From NCBI RefSeq assembly GCF_006345805.1, contig NC_043011.1:44032464-44096463 (forward strand): a DNA stretch of 64,000 bases, given 5' to 3'. Source of the stretch: Octopus sinensis. Its lineage: Eukaryota. Within the stretch, counting starts at the first letter, position 1. Every line of letters begins with the position of its first letter. Below are positions 38,396 to 50,650 of the stretch, in pieces. The notes beneath the pieces are model-generated. The model was not told where the DNA came from. It did not search any database and saw nothing but the letters and a program-made list of their open reading frames with translations. The translations under genes were made by a program, and so were the position numbers.

Positions 38396-39143
38396 CTTTT
38401 TACTTGCTGTTGCTTTTGATGTGGAACCAAAACCAGTGAGGTTGTTAAGAAGCTTGCAAGACAAGACCCCATCAGCTGAGTGGATGGAGTGTAGCATTAA
38501 GGGAAAAAGTTTTATGCCTGGTGATGAGGGGTCAAAGCATGATATGAGAACAGGAACAGGTGTCTTACTGTAGAGAGACACATGGCTAGTCCTTTTGGAA
38601 GAGAGAGAGAGGATCGTGATAAAGACACATCGGGGCAGCTCCTCGGGTTACAGGAAAACAAATCTAAGAGAATTAGTATGAGTAAGTAAGCTTGTAGGAG
38701 TGTGAGAAGCACATGTCAGATGGATAGGGGAAATCACAGTGAACAATGAACACAGGTGGAAGCACAGGTAGTGTACCTGAATGAGAGTAAAGTTATTCAA
38801 TTTAGAATAACGAGATGTAATCAAAAGAGCTGTATAATTTCCACTGTTTTCAGTTTTATCATTAGGCGTTTTCTTGTAATATAAACAAGACTGTTTGATT
38901 ACTCATATTGTAGATTTGTTAAATATTTTGTTGGTATTTTCCCACCAGTTGGCCCTGCCATAGTCTTTCTCCTCTACTGGTGCCACAAATTCTTTGTACT
39001 GAAAACAAAACTATTTCCTATCCTTTGTGTCGTTTCTCCTGCTATCACATGGTTCTTTATACTTGAATAACAATGTACCCCACCCCACTGCTTCTCTCTC
39101 TCTCTAATTAATCTACCTATATATTTCTGTATGTGTGTCTAGT

Positions 39144-39199
<56 letters not shown>

Positions 39200-39715
39200 A
39201 AAAATATACAGAGAAAGAGAGAGGTATGTAAAGCAAGTGTGTGTGTATATATATGTATATATATATATAAGTAAGTATATATAGGTATATATATTTATGG
39301 ATATGTATATGTAAGGGTATGTATCTATGTTTGTAAATATATATATATATATAATATAGTATATATATGTATATATATGCATGTGTGTATATATATGTGT
39401 ATGCGTATATGTATATGTGTGTGTATATATTTATTTATGTGTGCTTGCATTTCAATCACTTCCACTGTATGTTGACAGTGTATTCTTGTTTAATAATACA
39501 CCCACCCAGTCTCACAAATGCATACATATACACACACGTATATGAGCAGTGACTGGATCTATGTGTCACACCCAGCCAATCTTCCCAGTTGTCAGCCCTG
39601 ATCAGACCAGTGGAATGACTGGATGACTGGGCAGGGGTAGGACAGGGGGGGGGGTTCCTTCCACGCCATCTACTACTACCCGTATCAATTCAACACAATG
39701 ACATAACTATAACAA

Positions 39716-39901
39716 ATGCTAGACCTCAATCACCACATCGTTATAACTTACAACTGCTTCCCACAATGGTCTGGCCTTCAGTTTGCCCATTCTTTCCTCC
39801 CCAAGGCTGCATCCCTCTGGAAATTCCTCCCTCCTGCCATCATCTTGGAACAACAGAAACTAGATGTCGAACCTCACTGGCCAATCTATGAGACTCTGTA
39901 A
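39716..39901 (+). mobile_element. Old CR1/L2-type LINE C-terminal remnant
   Basis: QFAHSFLPKAASLWKFLP resembles the SF.PR...LWN.LP motif. Confidence 0.45.
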
Positions 39902-40223
39902 ATTTATTTAGTAATCAATTAACCCCATCACACAAAATTTCAGGCTTTATTCTCATAGCAGAGGGAATTATTCGGATGCATTTGTATCCTTTACACATTT
40001 CAGTCATTTTGCTGGAGCACCACCTTAAATTGTTTTAGTCAAAGAAATCGACTGCAAGACTTATTCTTTGTAAGCCGAGAACTTATTCTATCGGTTTCTT
40101 TTGCTGAACTGCTGAGTTACAAGGACATAAACACACCAGCATCAGTTGTCAAGTAATGGCAGAGGGACAGACACAGAAACACACATAAATAAATGCATTC
40201 ATACATGCATAATATATATATCT

Positions 40224-40275
<52 letters not shown>

Positions 40276-40539
40276 ACATATATATGTATAAATAAATATA
40301 TATATATATGTATACATATATATACACGCATATATATATATATATATACATGCACACACACACAGACATGACTGAAAATGACACCCTTATAATCGTTAGA
40401 ATTTATTTAAATCTGAAATTATACATTCAAATTATTTTTTAATTGTTATGATGTGAATATTTAATATTTAGTAGACATGCCCCTTGCGTTTTTCAATGCA
40501 AGGACTCTATTAGGCATATTAACGATCAGATGACGAATA

Positions 40540-41090
40540 TTCTCTCAAGGAATTTCTTGCCAAGTTTCATGCAGTAATCTCAAAAGATCTGGCTTTGAAG
40601 ATGCTTTCTTATTCTTTTTTTATGGAGTGTCCTGTCCATTATGCCCCAGAGGTGTTCAATAGGGTTCATATCTGGTGACTGGCTTGGCCATAGAAGCTTT
40701 TTAATGCCATTCTCATCCAACAACTCTTGGGTCATTTTAGCTGTGTGACAAGGAGCCCCATCTTCCATAAAGAGTCTTCTTGAATCATTTCACCACTGGA
40801 GAAGATTGGAAGGAGTCCTTTCTGCAATATGGACATATATTTGAGTTTATGTTGGCCTCACACTCCACCAGCTCTGATCGACTATTGCTCCAAATTGCTC
40901 CCTGGACCATCACAGAATAGCTACCATATTTCACTGTTGGCTGCAATCTTTTCATGTCAAATGCTTGATCACCGAATCTCCAGACCCACACTCAACCACT
41001 GTCAGAAAATACAACGAGAATTTGACAGTGTCCCAAAATACTAGTGGCCTGATGCCCTTGGACTGATGAGTAGCCTACATTATACACCTT
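40540..41090 (-). mobile_element. Decayed Tc1-family (DD34E) transposase
   Basis: [21 protein letters not shown] and WPSQSPDMNPIEHLW motifs. Confidence 0.9.
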
Positions 41091-41923
41091 GGATATTTAC
41101 CACTTCCTAGGTTCCACCCACTATAAAACATACGTAGCCCAGATCTTATCTACTCCATTCCTTAACTCTTGTATTCTTATTTGCATTGCTGACAACCTTG
41201 GTCGCCCACCACGAAATATAAAAAGAACTTTTTTCAGTTTATCGTACTTTGATACGAAAAAATCCGCAACCCTCCATCTCAGTAAACCACTGTTGTCCCT
41301 GAAAGTTGTTTTTATATTTACTATAGATTGCTTGAAGCTAACTTTCTTCCTACAGCTTGATCTTTGGATCTTGTTTGTGTGTGTGTGTGTGTGTATAGAC
41401 ACAACCAATAATCCATAATTTTTGCATTTCTTTTCTTTTTTTTTTTTTTTGGTAACCATTTAGAATTAGGATTGTTTCAGTGCTGGCGTTTGGTAGGGCA
41501 GCATGGGTTAACTGAATGAAAGAATTACAGAGATGTGACAAATGGATTCTGTGTGTGTCTCTGTGTGTGTATGTGTGTGTGTGCGTGTGCGCGCACGCCC
41601 ATATAATTGTAGGGTTGCTTCTCTCAAAGTACAACAACAACATCACATCAACAACAACAGACCTTAGATGTGTGTGTGTTTGTCCTATATATCTGAGATA
41701 ATTACTAACTAGCTTCATTACTAGTAAATTTTCCTCTTATTTACTTTCCCCCCTCTCTCTCTCTCTCTTTCTCATTACTGGCAACTATTTAACACTTGGT
41801 GTTATTGGTGTTGCTGTTGTATAAACTATTCTCATTGCAATCCTGGGTGTTGCTGGAAGACGGTGGGGAGTGTGGGCATTATCCGAATGTTTTTTTTTTT
41901 CTTCTGTGCCCCTCCGCTGCTAG

Positions 41924-42085
41924 AAATGCATAAAAATGGCTGGCAGCTCTCAATGCTGGCTACGTGGAGGAGAATTCTCTCAACAACATCTACAACAGAT
42001 GCAAGACGAAGATGTCTATCACCATTACAAAAACTACTTCTTAAACTTCTCTTCCGACGAGACGGTGCGTTTGCTGTACGTTGAG
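41924..42085 (+). CDS. Probable upstream coding exon of myosin V (KCIK-MAGSSQCWLRGGEFSQQHLQQMQDEDVYHHYKNYFLNFSSDETVRLLYVE)
   Basis: Strong acceptor (T-run...ctccgctgctag), ATG at 41936 in AAAATGG context, two in-frame donors (ACG|gtgcgt at 42064, GAG|gtaaaa at 42085); LLYVE mirrors ELYTK of myosin V exon 1. Confidence 0.65.
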
Positions 42086-42472
42086 GTAAAAGACAAAATT
42101 TTGATTGAGTCTCAAAGTATTTCTTCATTTTTTTTCTTTTTAAAGAAAACAAAGGACAAGGACGGGAAAATTCTTTTTCCTGTGCATTGGTATGTGTTTG
42201 TATATATGCCTGTATGTGTGTGTGGGACTATGTACTGGTGTTATTTGTAGGCCTCCATGGATGTAGTTTATTAATTCAAGAATTATATGGTCAATAGTCA
42301 CACCGCCAAATTCTGCATCCCATCTTTATTTTCCCATATTGTGAATTCTCTTACTTCATTTTTATGTCACAACTTCACATTCCATTCGCTTAGTCTTCAG
42401 GTTTCAGCAGACAAGGACAAAATTTCATTTTCGTATATAGAATTTCTTCTGCTTTTGTATAAAAAAATATAG

Positions 42473-42990
42473 GCGTGGCTGTGTGGCTGAGAAGCTTGCT
42501 TCCCAACCAATGTTGTCTTGGGTTCAGTCCTACCGTGCAGCCCCTTGGGCAAATGTCTTTTAACCCTTTCGTTACCAACCCGGCTTAAACCGGCTCTGGC
42601 TCTTTAGTACAAATGTCTGGTTTTCAAAAGTTCTGAATTAAAACCTTCCACCAAACCTTAGTTACAATTTATGTCCCTAACTCTAGCTTAATGATAACGA
42701 TGTTATTTTACTTAATTCTTTGTTATATTTAACATAATTGGAAGAAACACTGAGCATCTCAAAATAAATTCAGTAACGAAAGGGTTAATTCAGCCCTGGG
42801 CTGACCAAAGCCTTGTGAGTGGATTTGATACTGGAAAACTGAAAGAAGACCATCACATGTGTGTGTGTGTGTCTTTAGTTTATTTATGTCCTCATAACTT
42901 ACCACTTTGGTTAAAGAGGCCAGTAGTAAAAACACCAAACTTAAAAAATAAGTACTTAGGTTGATTTGATTCAACAAAAATTTGTATATA
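42473..42990 (+). mobile_element. SINE A interrupted by a piggyBac-like MITE
   Basis: Head at 42473-42560; resumes after 42788. Confidence 0.8.
42564..42784. mobile_element. piggyBac-like MITE
   Basis: TTAA|CCCTTTCGTTAC ... GTAACGAAAGGG|TTAA. Confidence 0.9.
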
Positions 42991-43140
42991 CAACATGCAC
43001 AGAACTGTACTTGGCTGCTCAGTGAATTCACATATTAAATATAAGATTAATGAAACCTATATTATAACGGAGAAAGCTGCTTATTAATTAGATGGAATTA
43101 TGTAATTTCTACTGCAAGAAGTCAATTATTAAAGTCTATT

Positions 43141-43520
43141 GAGGCGCAATGGCCCAGTGGTTAGGGCAGCGGACTCGCGGTCATAGGATCGCGGTTTCGA
43201 TTCCCAGACCGGGCATTGTGAGTGTTTATTGAACGAAAACACCTAAAGCTCCACGAGGCTCCGGCAGGGGGTGGTGGTGAACCCTGCTGTACTCTTTCAC
43301 CACAACTTTCTCTCGCTCTTTCTTCCTGTTTCTCTTGTACCTGTATTTCAAGGGGCTGGCCTTGTCACTCTCTGTGTCACGCTGAATATCCCTGAGAACT
43401 ACGTTAAGGGTACACGTGTCTGTGGAGTGCTCAGCCACTTGCACGTTAATATCACGAGCAAGCTGTTCCGTTGATCGTATCAGCTGGGACCCTCATCGTC
43501 GCAACCGACGGAGTGCTCCT
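43141..43520 (+). mobile_element. SINE C, full length
   Basis: A box TGGCCCAGTGG, B box GGTTTCGATTCC, tail ...cgtcgcaaccgacggagtgct. Confidence 0.92.
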
Positions 43521-43966
43521 ACTATTGATTAAAAAATTCTTAAAACTTCAATTTTAATATATTTTTATCAAAGTGTAGTTTTCTAATTTCTTTTTAGCTG
43601 AATGATTAATCTTAATTCACTGTAAACATTTTCTTTTCCAAATCTGAAATGGCAAGATAGCAATTATTAATGACTTATTGCCTTCTCTCTCTCTCTTTCC
43701 ATCTGTTTTTTGTTTGTATATTTCCGATAGTTAATTCTTTTGCTGAAACCTCGACAGTTCATGTTATCATGATGAACAGGAATTAAAAAAAATATCATTT
43801 CTCATCTTTATAGATCTGTACTTGTGCTCATGTAGGTTATTAATATTAAAACATACTATTACATATATTGATGGCAAAGAAATAAGTTTTACAATCACAT
43901 GTGTTAGAACCAAATAAGTTTTACCTGTACATCCACTAATATTTTTATGATGTCTTTAAAAACATG

Positions 43967-44272
43967 TGGAGGCACATGGCCTAATGGTTAGAGCAGCAAA
44001 CTCATGGTTGAAGGATCGCGGGTTTGAATCTCAGACTGGGTGATATGTGTGTTTATGAGCGAAACACCTAAGCTCCACGTGGCTCTGGCAGAAGGTAATG
44101 GTGAACTTCTGCTGATTCTTTCGCCACGACTTTCTCTCACTCTTTCCTCCTCCATCTTGCAGTTCACCTGCAATGGACCAGCATCCCGTCCAGGTGGGGA
44201 ACCTATACACTAAGGAAAGCGGGAGACCGGCCCTTGTGAGCCAGGCGTGGTTTGAGAAGGAACAAACAACAA
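43967..44272 (+). mobile_element. SINE C head with alternative tail
   Basis: C-type head and body, then gcaatggaccagcatcccgtccagg...gagaaggaacaaacaac. Confidence 0.8.
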
Positions 44273-44343
44273 CTTTAAAAAGACATTTTTTAAATAAGAA
44301 ACTTGCAAGGAAAATATATCAAAGTATATCAATATACATATAT

Positions 44344-44381
<38 letters not shown>

Positions 44382-44449
44382 CAAAACAAAATACATACAT
44401 ACATATATACATACTGATGCCATGTATAATGTACTCATGCTGGTGTCAT

Positions 44450-44690
44450 CATCATTGCCATTTTAATGTCCACTTCTCTATGCTCACATGCATCACTTGA
44501 ATTTTATTGAGACAGATCTTCTATGGTTAGATGACTTTCCTGTAGCCAACCCTCACTTCTTTCCAAGAAACATAATATTTCCTTTTAGCCAGACATGTTT
44601 TCCCAGAAATCTGGAAATCAATGATATCGCTTATATGACTGTAACATTCATTTACGACTGTCATGTAATGTTGAGACAATGAGACACACA
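44450..44690 (-). mobile_element. SINE family F
   Basis: catcatcattgccattttaatgtccac...cctgtagccaaccctcac...atgactgtaacattcatttac. Confidence 0.7.
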
Positions 44691-44698
44691 CACATATA

Positions 44699-45255
44699 CG
44701 AGGGTGAGTCAAAAAGTAATGCCATTTTGTTTAGGACAGGTATAATTACCAACACAGGAACATGTATCATACATCAAAATGAAGCTGGTCTTCTGTGGAT
44801 CACATCCCTACTTCTCAACATAGTCACCATTTCTCTCAACAGCAATGTTCCACCTTTCGAAGGAGAGCATGTATCCTTGCCCCGTAAAATTCCGTTGACT
44901 GTTCTTTGAGCCACTTCTTCGCTACCTCCACACTCACCAGATTTAGCGCCTTCAGACTATCATCTCTTCAGCGCCATGAAAGAGGGTTTGAGAGGCAAAC
45001 ATTATTCCAGTGACGTGGAAGTGAAAACTGTAGTGAAGAAGTGGCTCAAAGAACAGTCTACAGAATTTTACAGGACAGGGATGCATGCTCTCATTCGAAG
45101 GTGGAACATTGCTATTGAGAGAAACGGTGACTATGTTGAGAAGTAGGGATGTGATCCACAGAGGACCAGCTTCATTTTGATGTATGATACATGTTACTGT
45201 GTTGGTAATTATACCTGTCCTAAACAAAATGGCATTACTTTTTGACTCACCCTCG
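44699..45255 (+). mobile_element. Fold-back mariner derivative with ~225-bp inverted arms
   Basis: TA|CGAGGGTGAGTC ... GACTCACCCTCG|TA; 44925-45146 encodes PPHSPDLAPSDYHLF...RRWNIAIERNGDYVEK* (DD34D C-terminus). Confidence 0.92.
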
Positions 45256-45624
45256 TACATACACAATGGGCTTTTTTCAGTTTCCATCTACCAAATCCAC
45301 TCACAAAGCTTTGATTGGTCTGGGGCTATAGTAGAAGACACTTGCCCAATGTGCCATGCAGTGGGACTGAACCCGGAACCATGTGATTGGAAAGCAAACT
45401 TCTCAACTTCACAACCACACATATATAAACACACACTGTCACATATTTATAAACATATGTATGCATATGCACAGACAAACACATATACATATATATATAC
45501 ATACATACATATATATGAGTGTGGTGTGTGTGTGTGTCATACACTTCATCTTTTGCTTTTCTTTAAATTTCAACTATGTATGTATGTATGTACATATAAA
45601 CATATATAAACACACCTACACATA

Positions 45625-45669
<45 letters not shown>

Positions 45670-45672
<3 letters not shown>

Positions 45673-45813
45673 AAGGGCATCCAGCTGTAGAAACATTGCC
45701 AGATTAGACTGGAGCCTGGTGCAGCCTTCTGGCTTCCCAGAACCCCAGTCGAACCGTCCAACCCATGCTAGCATGGAGAACGGACGTTAAACGATGATGA
45801 TGATGATGATGAT
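45670..45813 (+). mobile_element. RTE 3' end (family E) following a TA tract
   Basis: ggaagggcatccagctgtagaaac...catgctagcatggagaacggacgttaaac(gat)n. Confidence 0.9.
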
Positions 45814-46121
45814 ATATTATAATATATATATATATAAACAAATTCACTTATGTAAACATATACACACATATATCAACATACCTACACCCTTACATATTTA
45901 TAAACATATGTATGTATATGCACATATAACATATAAGCATGTATATACACACACACACTTGCACACACCCAATACCAGAACTGCAAATTGTCATGCTCAA
46001 GAATGCAGCTGGCCACTTGTGTCTGCTAGTATGTGTTCTGATAATGAAGGATGGTGACAGAATGAAACAACTGACATAAAGTACTGGTTTGTGTGTGTGT
46101 GTGTGTTTGTGTTTAATAGTA

Positions 46122-46688
46122 TTGGGTTGTCCGGAAAGTTCGTGCCGATTTTTAAAGGAAAGAAAAAGGTCAATAAATACTTGCCATTACATTTTTAATC
46201 AACCAAATATGAACCATTCTGTTGCACAATGCGTCTCCATCTTCCCTTTAACTTGAAAATACCCCCTTCCCAGAATTGAGGTGGTTTCATGGCAAAGAAT
46301 TCATCAAGGTATCTTTTTACATCATTCAAGGAATTGAAATTTTGACCATTAAGACTATTCTGCAGAGACCTGAATAAGTGGAAATCCGAAGGAGCAATAT
46401 CTGGTGAATATGGAGGGTGGGGTAACACATCCCAGCCGAGCTGCAGCAATTTTTGTCTGGATCCCAAAGCATCAAGTGCCGAAAATGAACTTTCTTATCT
46501 TCCATTTTTAAAGGGTTACAGAATTAACACAGGTTATAGGAACATAAATTGTCTTTCACGAAAAGATAGCTTAAACTGTGCTCTAAATGGAGGTGTAGTC
46601 AAATCCTATTTTATGGACTCAACCATGTTCTAAAATAAGTCGAACGGTAAGCTACTATAAATTGGCATGAACTTTCTGGACAACCCTA
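46122..46688 (-). mobile_element. Internally deleted mariner (mellifera-subfamily-like)
   Basis: ~28-bp TIRs TTGGGTTGTCCGGAAAG.. with TA TSD; N-terminus MEDKKVHFRHLMLW joined out of frame to RQKLLQLGWDVLPHPPYSPDIAPSDFHLF..RW..NGSYLVD. Confidence 0.92.
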
Positions 46689-46769
46689 TAGTAGCAGCAA
46701 CTGGTATGATTTGTAAAAGAAGTACTCAATATACAGATTACAGATTGTATTTATGTTACTAATTGACCA

Positions 46770-47050
46770 GTGACCGAGACGGTTGGCAATTGTGCTGTGC
46801 TTGAGAAGATTCATCAAGCCGAGTGAAACCATGGTCATGGCCATTATCAGAGTCATGCAAACGGCACCTGTGCTAGTGGCACATAAAGAGCACCCATTAC
46901 ACTCTTGAAGTGGTTGGCGTTAGTAAGGGCATCCAGTGGTTGAAACCATGACAAATCAGACTGGAACCTGGTGTAGCTCTCTGGCCTACCAGTTCCAATC
47001 AAACCACCTAACCCATACCAGCATGGAAAGTGGGCATTAAATGATGATTG
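46770..47050 (+). mobile_element. RTE 3' UTR fragment (family E), older
   Basis: gtggcacataaagagcaccc...cagcatggaaagtgggcattaaatgatg. Confidence 0.8.
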
Positions 47051-47077
47051 AAAAATTCATACTGATACATTTGCTTA

Positions 47078-47144
<67 letters not shown>

Positions 47145-48157
47145 CACACACACACACTTGTTTGAGTGTGTGTGTGTTTGTATGACAATAAGCCTGTCCG
47201 TTTCTTTAATGGCATATCCGATTTAGAGAATTCTCCATTCTTGAGATTGTCAAGTGGAGCTGGCTTTAATTACCATTTATTAATTATGATACAAGCTCTA
47301 AAAGCGGAGATAATTTAAATAAATCAAGAATTTTCGTTGCATGGCATTGATACGCGTTATTTGTCTATGTAGTCCAAAATGTTGCCACTGGCTACTGAGG
47401 TATTTCTCTTAGCTCTACTTCCCAACCACATGGTTCCTGGTTCAATCCCAGTGCATGGCACCTTCAGTAAGTGTTTTCTTCTATAGTCTCAAGCTGACCA
47501 AAGCCTTTTGAATGGATTTGGTAGACGGAAACTGAAAGAAGCCCATCATTCATCATCATTTAATGCCCATTTTTTTCATGCTGGCATGGGTTAGATGGTT
47601 TGACTGGAGCTGATAAGCCGGAGAGATGTACCAGGCTCTAGTCTGATTTTGGCGTGGTTTCTATGGCTGGATGTATATATCTATGTGTGCATGTCTTCGT
47701 GTCTATGTTTATGTCCTTGTAACTTAGTGGTTCGGCAAAAGAGACTGATAAAATAGATACAAGGCTTAAAAAAAAAAAGTCCTGGATTTGATCTGTTTGA
47801 CTAGAACCCTTCAGTGCCCCAGTATGGCTGTAGTTAGTTGACTGAAACCAGTAAAAGATATGTGAAGGCGTGTAGCCTAGTGGTTAGGGTGTTGCATTTA
47901 TGACCGGTAGACTATGGATTCAATTTCCAGACCAAGCGGTGTGTTGTATTCTTCAGCAAAACATTTCATTTCATGTTGCTCCAATCCAGTCACCTGTAGG
48001 GTGGTAACCCTGCAATGGATTAGCTTTCTGATCAGGGGGGAATGTTGGCCTGCTCCCCCAGCCTGCAGGATGGCATCAGTCGAAAGCTAAAACGATGCGA
48101 AGCGCATTGTGAACAGTGATATATAACAACATCCAAATGTCTGGTCAATCACATGAC

Positions 48158-48540
48158 AGGTGTGGCTGTATGGTAAGAGGTTTGCTTCCCAACCACATGG
48201 TTCTGGGTTCAGTCCCACTGCGTGGCACACTGGGCAAGTGTCTTCTACTATAACCTTGGACTGACCAAAGCCTTGTGAGTGGATTTGGTAGATGGAAACT
48301 GGAAGAAGCCTGTCATATGTATATGTGTGTGTGTGTCTTAGTCTCTGCCATCACCACTTGACAACTGTTGTTGGTGTGTTTACATCCCCACAACTTAGCA
48401 GTTCGCTGAAAGAGACCGACAGAACAAGCACTAGGCTTACAAAGAATAAGTCTTGGGATCAGTTTCTTTAACTAAAATCTTCAGGGTGGTGCCCTAATAT
48501 GGTTGCAGACAAATGATTGAAACAAGTAAAAGGATAAAAC
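48158..48540 (+). mobile_element. SINE A
   Basis: ggtgtggctgtatggtaag ... gaaacaagtaaaagga. Confidence 0.88.
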
Positions 48541-48648
48541 TATATATATATATAAATTTATATAAATAAGGATAAGATCGTTAATTAAATACCGATCTTA
48601 TCAGGTGGTCAGAATGGGAATAAAAACCTTCAAATTTAATAATTATTT

Positions 48649-48870
48649 AAAATTATAATTGAGGGTATCTAAGAGATACCCCCACGCTGGAAATAGCGGT
48701 CAAAACTTGACTCTAAAACCACATTAAATGTTCATACAGCACCAGGAGAGAAGATTAGCAAACTGTCTTCTCTCCTACTGCTGTATGAACATTAATGTGG
48801 TTTTAGAGTCAAGTTTTGACTGCTATTTCCAGCGTGGTGTTATCTCTTAGATACCCTAAATTATAATTTT
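48649..48870. repeat. 222-bp near-perfect palindrome (~105-bp arms, 11-nt loop)
   Basis: 48649-48754 pairs with 48766-48870; loop ttagcaaactg. Confidence 0.95.
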
Positions 48871-48991
48871 ATATATATATACATATATATATACATATAT
48901 ATATACATATATATATATATATCATATATATATATATACATATATATATACATATATATATATACATATATATATATACATATATATATAC

Positions 48992-49022
<31 letters not shown>

Positions 49023-49160
49023 CATATATATACATATATATTTACATATATATATATATATATATATAATACATATATATACATATATATATACAATATA
49101 TATATATACATATATACATATACATATATATATACATATATATATATATAATATTATATA
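48871..49160. repeat. (TA)n/(TACATA)n array
   Basis: Direct reading; a similar array lies at 49650-49961. Confidence 0.95.
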
Positions 49161-49793
49161 TGACAAAGAGAGAGAGAGAGGGAAGTGTATATGTTCACTC
49201 ATTCATTTGTTTTATATCTGTTTTTCCTTGCTAATAGGGGTTAAATGAATAGGCATTGTTTTACAGCCAGGTGCCCTTCTTCATGCTAACCTTTCCCTGT
49301 TTTTCAAGTAAGGGACCTCTTACGTCACACATCTTCAAAAGCACAAAGCTTGTAGACAAGTTATTGACAGGGGGAATGCTAACAGCGACACTGCTTGTAC
49401 GTCGTAGCAGTTGAATAAGTAAGCACGGACGTAAACAAACACGCATATGCACGCACATACACATGCACATCCACCACACATACGCACGTACTGATACGTA
49501 AAACTCACATCCCTCCATCGCCGGTAGAGTTCACAATACCTATTTCATCTCCTCCCCGCTATCGTTCTGGCCTCATCACGTGTCTACAGTAAAACTTCTA
49601 TTGTCAGTGATATACATTCACTCACTCTTATACATCCATGCACACATACACACTGATATATATATATATATATACTATCACATCATGTAAGCCCTAATTT
49701 TCTCAGTTTACTAACAATATGAAATATATAGTTTTAGTACATTTTGCTATATATATATACACACACACACACATATATATCATATATATATAC

Positions 49794-49842
<49 letters not shown>

Positions 49843-49922
49843 CACACACATATATATATATATATACACATATATATATATATACACATATATATATATA
49901 TATATACACTATATATACACAC

Positions 49923-49960
<38 letters not shown>

Positions 49961-50181
49961 GATGAAAAGGAATTTCAGTGGTTTATTATTAATGTTGTTG
50001 AAACTGTTCTTGTTGGCATTGTTCTCCTATTGTACGTTTGCATCATTTATTCCCCCTCCCTTCTCGCTGTCTAACATATTTCCAAACTAAATATTTGGAA
50101 TTACAGCTTACAATAAATAAATAAATAAATATCTTAAATAATTAATGACCTGTTTTTTTTTTTGTTCTTTTTTTTCTACAG

Positions 50182-50289
50182 CATGCAAAAATATGGATAC
50201 GTGACGACACCCTAGTATGGCGCGAGGGCGAACTTGCCGAAGACTACAAGGGGCAGAAATCTCTCAAAGTTCTTGTATATGATAAAGGG
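50182..50289 (+). CDS. Myo5: Class V myosin, N-terminal SH3-like domain exon (HAKIWIRDDTLVWREGELAEDYKGQKSLKVLVYDKG)
   Basis: T-rich acceptor ttctacag, 108 nt phase 0-0, GGG|gtgagt donor; matches recalled myosin Va [22 protein letters not shown] and the conserved phase-0 intron after exon 1. Confidence 0.87.
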
Positions 50290-50374
50290 GTGAGTATAAT
50301 GGATACCTTTTGCTTTTTTGTTTTTTTTATTTAAATAACTGAAAAATATCTACATTGTTTGGATAGACGTAATT

Positions 50375-50650
50375 AATGGCTAAGATGTTGCACTCATAAT
50401 TGTAAGATTGTGGGTTCAATTCCCAGGTTGGTATTGCACTGTGTTCTTGAGCAAAACACTTCATTTCATATTACTCCAGTCCACCCAGCTGTAAATAAGT
50501 AATCCTGTGAAAGACTGGTGTTCTGTTCAGGTGAAATGTTGGCCTACCTGCTTACCCAGTGAGTTGGCATTATTTGAATGCTACAACAATGCAAGGAAGC
50601 GCATTGTGACAAGCGGTGTATTACAACATCTGATAGTCTGCTCAGTATGA
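50375..50650 (+). mobile_element. SINE D, older
   Basis: gggttcaattccc...ttcttgagcaaaacacttcatttcatattactccag. Confidence 0.7.

Noticed and set aside
41217-41239. TATAAAAAG followed by Inr-like TCAGTT upstream of the 41924 exon
   Set aside because: The spacing is only 19 bp, versus the usual ~30 bp, and both motifs are common in AT-rich DNA.
41936-42040. Alternative frames of the 41924 exon (MHKNGWQL... and KWLAALNAGYVEE...)
   Set aside because: The first ends in phase 1 and would not join exon 50182 in frame; the second is bounded by stops.
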